From an uncultured bacterium (lineage in GTDB: Bacteria; Joyebacterota; Joyebacteria; Joyebacterales; Joyebacteraceae), in assembly GCA_964572375.1 (NCBI GenBank), contig CAZNHF010000002.1:1-36927 (forward strand): 36,927 nt of DNA, written 5' to 3'. The position numbers and the translations under genes were made by a program. Shown one piece after another: positions 33,452 through 36,927 of this stretch. The stretch's first letter is position 1; every line of letters starts with the position of its first letter. Under the pieces are notes generated by a model. It was not told the DNA's origin, did no database searches, and worked only from the letters and a program-made list of their open reading frames with translations.

Positions 33452-34356
33452 TACGCCTCCTGCACGATCGCCTCACCCTGCTGTCCTGTGCTGTCATGAT
33501 GGTCACGGATCCTGATGTACGCAAGCGTCCAGAGCGAATAGTCGTACGTGCCGAGCGCGCCGGAGATGATGAAGATCAGCACGAGCCCGACCGGGATGCC
33601 GACGGCGAGCGCCGCGACGACGTTCAGAAGCCCGAGGAGAATGAACGGGACCGCGGCCAGGAGAAGCGCGAACACGACGCAGATGGCGAACACGATCCCG
33701 GAGATGAGCGAGACGAGCCAGACGACCATCGAGTTCCAGAAGTACTTCCTCGTCAGCTCCCACCCGATCCTCAGACTGTCGAAGACTCCATGTCCCCGGA
33801 GCACGGCCTCACGCTCGGCGTACGTGACCGTGAACGCCACGACGAAGGCGAACGCAAGGAACGGGATGAGCAGCAGCGCGCCGATCGCGATGGCGACGAC
33901 CGCACCGGCCTTCCCCGCGAACAGCGGGAGGACGATGGGGATGGCGAAGACGAGGATCCCGACGACGAACACGATGAACCCGACCAGAACGAACCCGAGC
34001 ATCTTGAGGAAGTTCTTGTAGCCGATCTCCCAGGCGCGCCCGAAGGTGATGTCGTGATCACGTTCGGCGTGCGCGATACTGCCGATGAGGGCGCCCTTCG
34101 AGAGCAGCCCCATCACGAAGAACACGAACCACACGATGACGAGCCCCATGACTAGCATCGTAATCAGCTCGACGTGCGCCACGACCCAGTCACGCGCCTG
34201 GGGCCCCGCGTGTTCTGCCCATCGGCTGGAGTTGCCGGAGCTGCCGCCCGCGGCGGTCGCGAAGAAGCCGAAGAACCACAGAAACTTGTGCTTCCAGAGG
34301 ATGTGGAACGACCGGGTGATGAGTCCCCAGTAGTCGATCGACAGCGGCGTATTCAT
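33451..34356 (-). CDS. Polytopic membrane protein of unknown function (about 6 TM), translationally coupled to murQ
   Basis: The ATG at 34356 is preceded by AAGGGAG and opens MNTPLSIDYWGLITRSFHILWKHKFLWFFGFF. Several long hydrophobic helices follow. The track ORF starts 44 codons upstream with an Arg/Gly-rich leader that I reject. Confidence 0.7.
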   Translation of the reverse strand: MNTPLSIDYWGLITRSFHILWKHKFLWFFGFFATAAGGSSGNSSRWAEHAGPQARDWVVAHVELITMLVMGLVIVWFVFFVMGLLSKGALIGSIAHAERDHDITFGRAWEIGYKNFLKMLGFVLVGFIVFVVGILVFAIPIVLPLFAGKAGAVVAIAIGALLLIPFLAFAFVVAFTVTYAEREAVLRGHGVFDSLRIGWELTRKYFWNSMVVWLVSLISGIVFAICVVFALLLAAVPFILLGLLNVVAALAVGIPVGLVLIFIISGALGTYDYSLWTLAYIRIRDHHDSTGQQGEAIVQEA

Positions 34357-34646
34357 GACACACTCCCTTTCGCGTCCCGCCATTGCGGGTGGACTGCCTC
34401 CGGCGACCCTCCGGGTCATGGCCCCGCGCGGCCGGGGACATTCCGCGAACCCTCGCGAGACCCCACTCCTGCCGGCGCTCCGACTCACACTGAGCCTACA
34501 TGATGCGACCGCCGGGTGGAATCCGCGGCCGGCGAGCCGGCGAATCCACTGTGTGAGCCGCCCTCACGCGAGGGTGAAACGCATGCCGATCCCGCCCCCA
34601 TCCCCGTGCGGCACACGAGGCGCACCACAAGGACCGCGCTGAAGCG

Positions 34647-35723
34647 CTATCCCCCGCCGTTCCTGACAAGCCAGAGCGCAGCGACGTAGACGGGCACGAG
34701 CGCCAGCGCCAGCAAGCGTGCCCGCGTCTTGCTCGCGTGCAGCCAGCGGACCTTGAGACCCGCGAGCACGAGCAGCGTCAGGATGAGCCCGGCCACGACG
34801 TTGACAGCATTGACGGGGTCGAGCCCCGACCAGGCGGTCTCGGAACGCGACGACAGCAGCAGCGGCGCCCCGACCGCGAATACGAGGATATTGATGGTGT
34901 TGCTCCCGAGGAGCGTGCCGATGGCCATGTCCGGCGAGCGAGCGCTCCGGACCGCCGCCGTGGCGACCGTCACTTCAGGCAGGGACGTCGCGATGGCGAC
35001 AAGGAGCGTGCCGACGAACGTCTGCCCGAGCACGATGCCTCCGCCGAATGGATGCGCGGCGATCACCGCCGCGCTCCGCGAGATCACGACGCCGGCAGCC
35101 ACGACCAGGAGCGACAGAAAGGCGAAGGAGAACGCCGCGGCTCCCGTGCCGGGTGAAGGTGTCACCCTCTCCTCGGTCGGTCGCTTCTCATCGCGCCGCT
35201 CCCCGCTCCGCCCCCGGTTCATGAGCGAGTCGGCGATGAAGAGCACCACGAGCGGCAGGCTGAAGACGAGTGCGGCAGAGGAGGGCGGAACAACACGTCG
35301 GCCGTAGAGCACGCCCGCACCTACGACGGCCGTCATGAGGACGAGGAGCACGCACGTCCTCGAGAAGCGGATCCCGTCGGTCCTGACCAGGAGTCCTCCC
35401 CCGACGAGAGCGAACTCGAGCGCTGCGATGGCCGTGATGTTGAAGTTGTTGCTGCCGAGGATATTGCCGAGGGCCAGGTCAGGTGCGTCTTCGACAAGCA
35501 TCGCGGTGAGCGTAACCGCCAGCTCGGGGAGCGACGTGATGATGGCGAGCACGAAGAGTCCCACGGCGGTTGCGGATATGCCCAACCGGTCGGCGAGTAC
35601 CTTGCCGTGCACGGGCAACCGGCTTCCGCTCATGAAGATGACGGCCCCGCCCAGGATGAAGAGTGCGAACTGAAAGACCACGATGCTCCCGCCCGTCTCG
35701 GCGACCCATGAGGACACATCCAC
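34647..35723 (-). CDS. Sodium/calcium exchanger family (CaCA, YrbG-like) membrane protein
   Basis: The protein is 358 aa with two alpha-repeat signatures, GNILGSNNFNI and GTLLGSNTINILV. A central charged loop sits between two 5-TM halves. Confidence 0.85.
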   Translation of the reverse strand: MDVSSWVAETGGSIVVFQFALFILGGAVIFMSGSRLPVHGKVLADRLGISATAVGLFVLAIITSLPELAVTLTAMLVEDAPDLALGNILGSNNFNITAIAALEFALVGGGLLVRTDGIRFSRTCVLLVLMTAVVGAGVLYGRRVVPPSSAALVFSLPLVVLFIADSLMNRGRSGERRDEKRPTEERVTPSPGTGAAAFSFAFLSLLVVAAGVVISRSAAVIAAHPFGGGIVLGQTFVGTLLVAIATSLPEVTVATAAVRSARSPDMAIGTLLGSNTINILVFAVGAPLLLSSRSETAWSGLDPVNAVNVVAGLILTLLVLAGLKVRWLHASKTRARLLALALVPVYVAALWLVRNGGG

Positions 35724-35813
35724 AGCTCATGGCAGTATAGAGGGCCGCTTCGCGGAGGTCAATTGTGACGGGCGCCGAACCGAAACCGCCCGACGCCCTG
35801 CTGCTTTGCTGTC

Positions 35814-35892
35814 TGAGGCTGTCCTCACGCTCCCGGGCTGACTCGCTTCCCCGAGCAACCCTCACACGGTGAGGCTGTCCTCACTCCCAGGG
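35814..35892. repeat. Repeated short hairpin motif (T/G)TGAGGCTGTCCTCAC with an extra CCTCAC copy that allows alternative pairing
   Basis: TGAGGCTGTCCTCA lies at 35814-35827 and GTGAGGCTGTCCTCAC at 35869-35884 (6-bp stem, 4-nt loop). CCTCAC at 35860-35865 can also pair with the same GTGAGG. A diverged copy, GAGCCTGCCCTCAT, lies at 35907-35920 inside the 3' end of the LTD gene. Confidence 0.5.
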
Positions 35893-35897
35893 CCACT

Positions 35898-36533
35898 TCA
35901 CTCCCGGAGCCTGCCCTCATCGGCAAAGAGCGCCTTGATGCCGCCCCAGGTGAGCTCCTCCACGGGCGATCCGACATTGGGTTCCCCCGGCGTCGGTACG
36001 AGACCCGTCGCAGGCGGGGTCGTCGGGTTGAGGCCGTCGTACAGCGCCCACTCGACGCCTCCGTCCGGCAGCCGGCCGTACGAGCAATCGTCGCGGACCT
36101 GACTGCCCGTATACTCCACCCGCTCGACGACCGTCCCGTCCGGCCGCACGAGTTCGATCGTATCACCGCTGTTGTTGAGCGACAGACCGTTGCGGGTGTA
36201 GCCGTTGACGTCCTCCCACGCGTACGCCTCGTTCCCGTAGATGACGATGATGGCGCCTGAGCCGAGCGTCCCAGAGAACTCGAACTTCCAGCTCGAGTCC
36301 GAGACAGCGTCGCGAAGCCTCCACCCTGTCATGTCGACGGCCTGCCCGCCGGTATTGATGAACTCGACCCACTCGTCGTCGAGCGAATCGTACACGTCGT
36401 CACCATCCGACGGTGACCAGTCACTGGCCGGGTCGGCCATGAATTCGTTGATCACGACACCCGCGCTCGCTACGACAGCAGCGGACGCGAAGAGCACAAC
36501 CACGAGCGCCAGCACCCTGGCAGTTCGCATCAC
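35898..36533 (-). CDS. Secreted lamin-tail-domain (LTD) protein
   Basis: The signal peptide is RVLALVVVLFASAAVVASA. The LTD signature is VVINEFMADP...DEWVEFINTGGQAVDMTGWRLRD...FEFSGTLGSGAIIVIYGN. The C-terminal part contains LTWGGIKALFADEGRLRE. GGAGGAGG lies upstream of the ATG. Confidence 0.8.
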   Translation of the reverse strand: MMRTARVLALVVVLFASAAVVASAGVVINEFMADPASDWSPSDGDDVYDSLDDEWVEFINTGGQAVDMTGWRLRDAVSDSSWKFEFSGTLGSGAIIVIYGNEAYAWEDVNGYTRNGLSLNNSGDTIELVRPDGTVVERVEYTGSQVRDDCSYGRLPDGGVEWALYDGLNPTTPPATGLVPTPGEPNVGSPVEELTWGGIKALFADEGRLRE

Positions 36534-36670
36534 GCACCTCCTCCATGTTGGTGAACTTCGATTTGGGGTCGCAGGGGTGCGGGGTTCGCCTGGGGAATGG
36601 GCTCGCTGGGGGTGGAGTCCGTCGGGGGGTCAGCGAGAGGTGCCGGGCCTCGCCGTAAACACCATAGACA

Positions 36671-36722
36671 AAGGCCGGGGCATGGACCGCTTTCAAGCAG
36701 AATGCGTTCCAGCCCCGGCCTT
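36671..36722 (-). terminator. Long GC-rich hairpin, a possible terminator of the partial upstream gene
   Basis: AAGGCCGGGGCATGGACCGC pairs with GCGTTCCAGCCCCGGCCTT. That gives 18 bp with one mismatch, one bulge and a 13-nt loop. TGTCTATGGTGTTTAC follows on the minus strand. The hairpin starts 70 nt beyond the stop at 36792. Confidence 0.4.
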
Positions 36723-36791
36723 CAGTACGTGTGTCACCCGCCCGGGTACCGACAGCTCAGGCCGCCGGCCCCGAAGCGGAGACGAACGGTG

Positions 36792-36927
36792 CTACTTGAG
36801 CAGCACCATCTTCTTGCTGAACTCTTCCTCACCCGCGTGCATCCGGTAGAAGTAGATGCCGCTCGCGACCTTCTGTCCATCAGCGTCGCGGCCGGTCCAC
36901 TCCACGAAGTGCTGACCCGCGCCGAGG
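36792..36927 (-). CDS. 3' end of a gene encoding a protein with a T9SS/FlgD-Ig-type C-terminal sorting domain. Partial: the N-terminus lies beyond the window end.
   Basis: Absent from the ORF track because it is open to the window edge. The minus-strand translation is LGAGQHFVEWTGRDADGQKVASGIYFYRMHAGEEEFSKKMVLLK*. This parallels the C-terminus of the 1706-aa protein (DVIWDGRGDDRQQVASGVYFCRLISQGSTSVKKVILLK*). Confidence 0.8.
   Translation of the reverse strand, partial: LGAGQHFVEWTGRDADGQKVASGIYFYRMHAGEEEFSKKMVLLK

Noticed and set aside
34357-34646. A 290-nt GC-rich intergenic region with several small hairpins (for example GTGAG-ccgcc-CTCAC overlapping CCCTC-acgc-GAGGG). I considered a riboswitch, an sRNA or a small ORF (34355-34642 plus strand).
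   Set aside because: The stems are only 5 bp, and I recognised no conserved riboswitch core. The 95-aa ORF is Pro/Arg-rich with no ribosome binding site. The region most likely holds just the promoter and leader of the recycling operon and the terminator region of the CaCA gene.
35814-35892. Short direct repeats considered as a possible CRISPR-like array
   Set aside because: There are only two or three short (about 16 nt), partly diverged units with irregular spacing and no cas genes. The pattern is better explained as hairpin or REP-like elements.
1-36927. Search for tRNA, rRNA, tmRNA, CRISPR arrays, defence-system hallmarks (nucleases, helicases/ATPases, reverse transcriptases, toxin-antitoxin pairs), prophage genes and integrases
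   Set aside because: None was recognisable. The intergenic regions are short, with the longest about 250-310 nt, and none shows a cloverleaf-like structure. The only mobile-element trace is the IS3 remnant.

Overview
This is a high-GC bacterial chromosomal window. Hand counts of single 60-nt lines gave about 57-63% G+C in the 27015-28058 gene and about 65-75% in the pfkB-like gene. I can support about 30 protein-coding genes, all but two on the minus strand. I found no rRNA, tRNA or CRISPR array. No tools or database searches were available, so every family call rests on motifs read directly from the translations. The long plus-strand ORFs in the supplied track are almost all antisense shadow ORFs typical of high-GC DNA.

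Gene blocks in order:
1. 1-7750: secreted and surface proteins. They comprise a Rho_N/DUF4912 protein (partial), an FG-GAP repeat protein, a DNRLRE-like protein and a 1706-aa gingipain-like (peptidase C25) multidomain protein that ends in a T9SS/FlgD-Ig-type C-terminal domain.
2. 7971-10202: a PflX-like radical SAM enzyme and an RlmI-like methyltransferase.
3. 10354-12771: two secreted proteins of unknown function.
4. 13040-19255: an envelope block made of a membrane protein with a bactofilin-like beta-helix, a SpoIIE/PP2C phosphatase, a secreted erythromycin-esterase-family protein and a retropepsin-like/PDZ protease.
5. 19390-26700: one tightly coupled gene string of MATE, PfkB kinase, HAD phosphatase, AmpD-like amidase, PBP4 (DacB), LytS-type kinase and LytTR regulator.
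6. 26906-28363: a lower-GC plus-strand beta-helix gene with a near-consensus sigma70 promoter, next to a decayed IS3 transposase remnant.
7. 28391-34356: a MurNAc recycling operon (membrane protein, MurQ, Ntn asparaginase-like, AnmK, NagZ).
8. 34647-36927: a CaCA exchanger, a lamin-tail-domain protein and a partial gene with a T9SS C-terminal domain.

Most interesting observations:
- The LytS-type kinase and the PP2C phosphatase carry clearly paralogous 4-TM sensor domains, within a cell-wall-centred locus.
- Four secreted proteins share a short C-terminal motif, W-[GT]-x-[IV]-K-x-x-[YF]-[RA], which sits alongside canonical T9SS C-terminal domains on two other proteins.
- A 10-nt homopolymer lies inside the candidate promoter spacer of the giant protease gene.
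- The peptidoglycan recycling cluster contains several non-canonical members.
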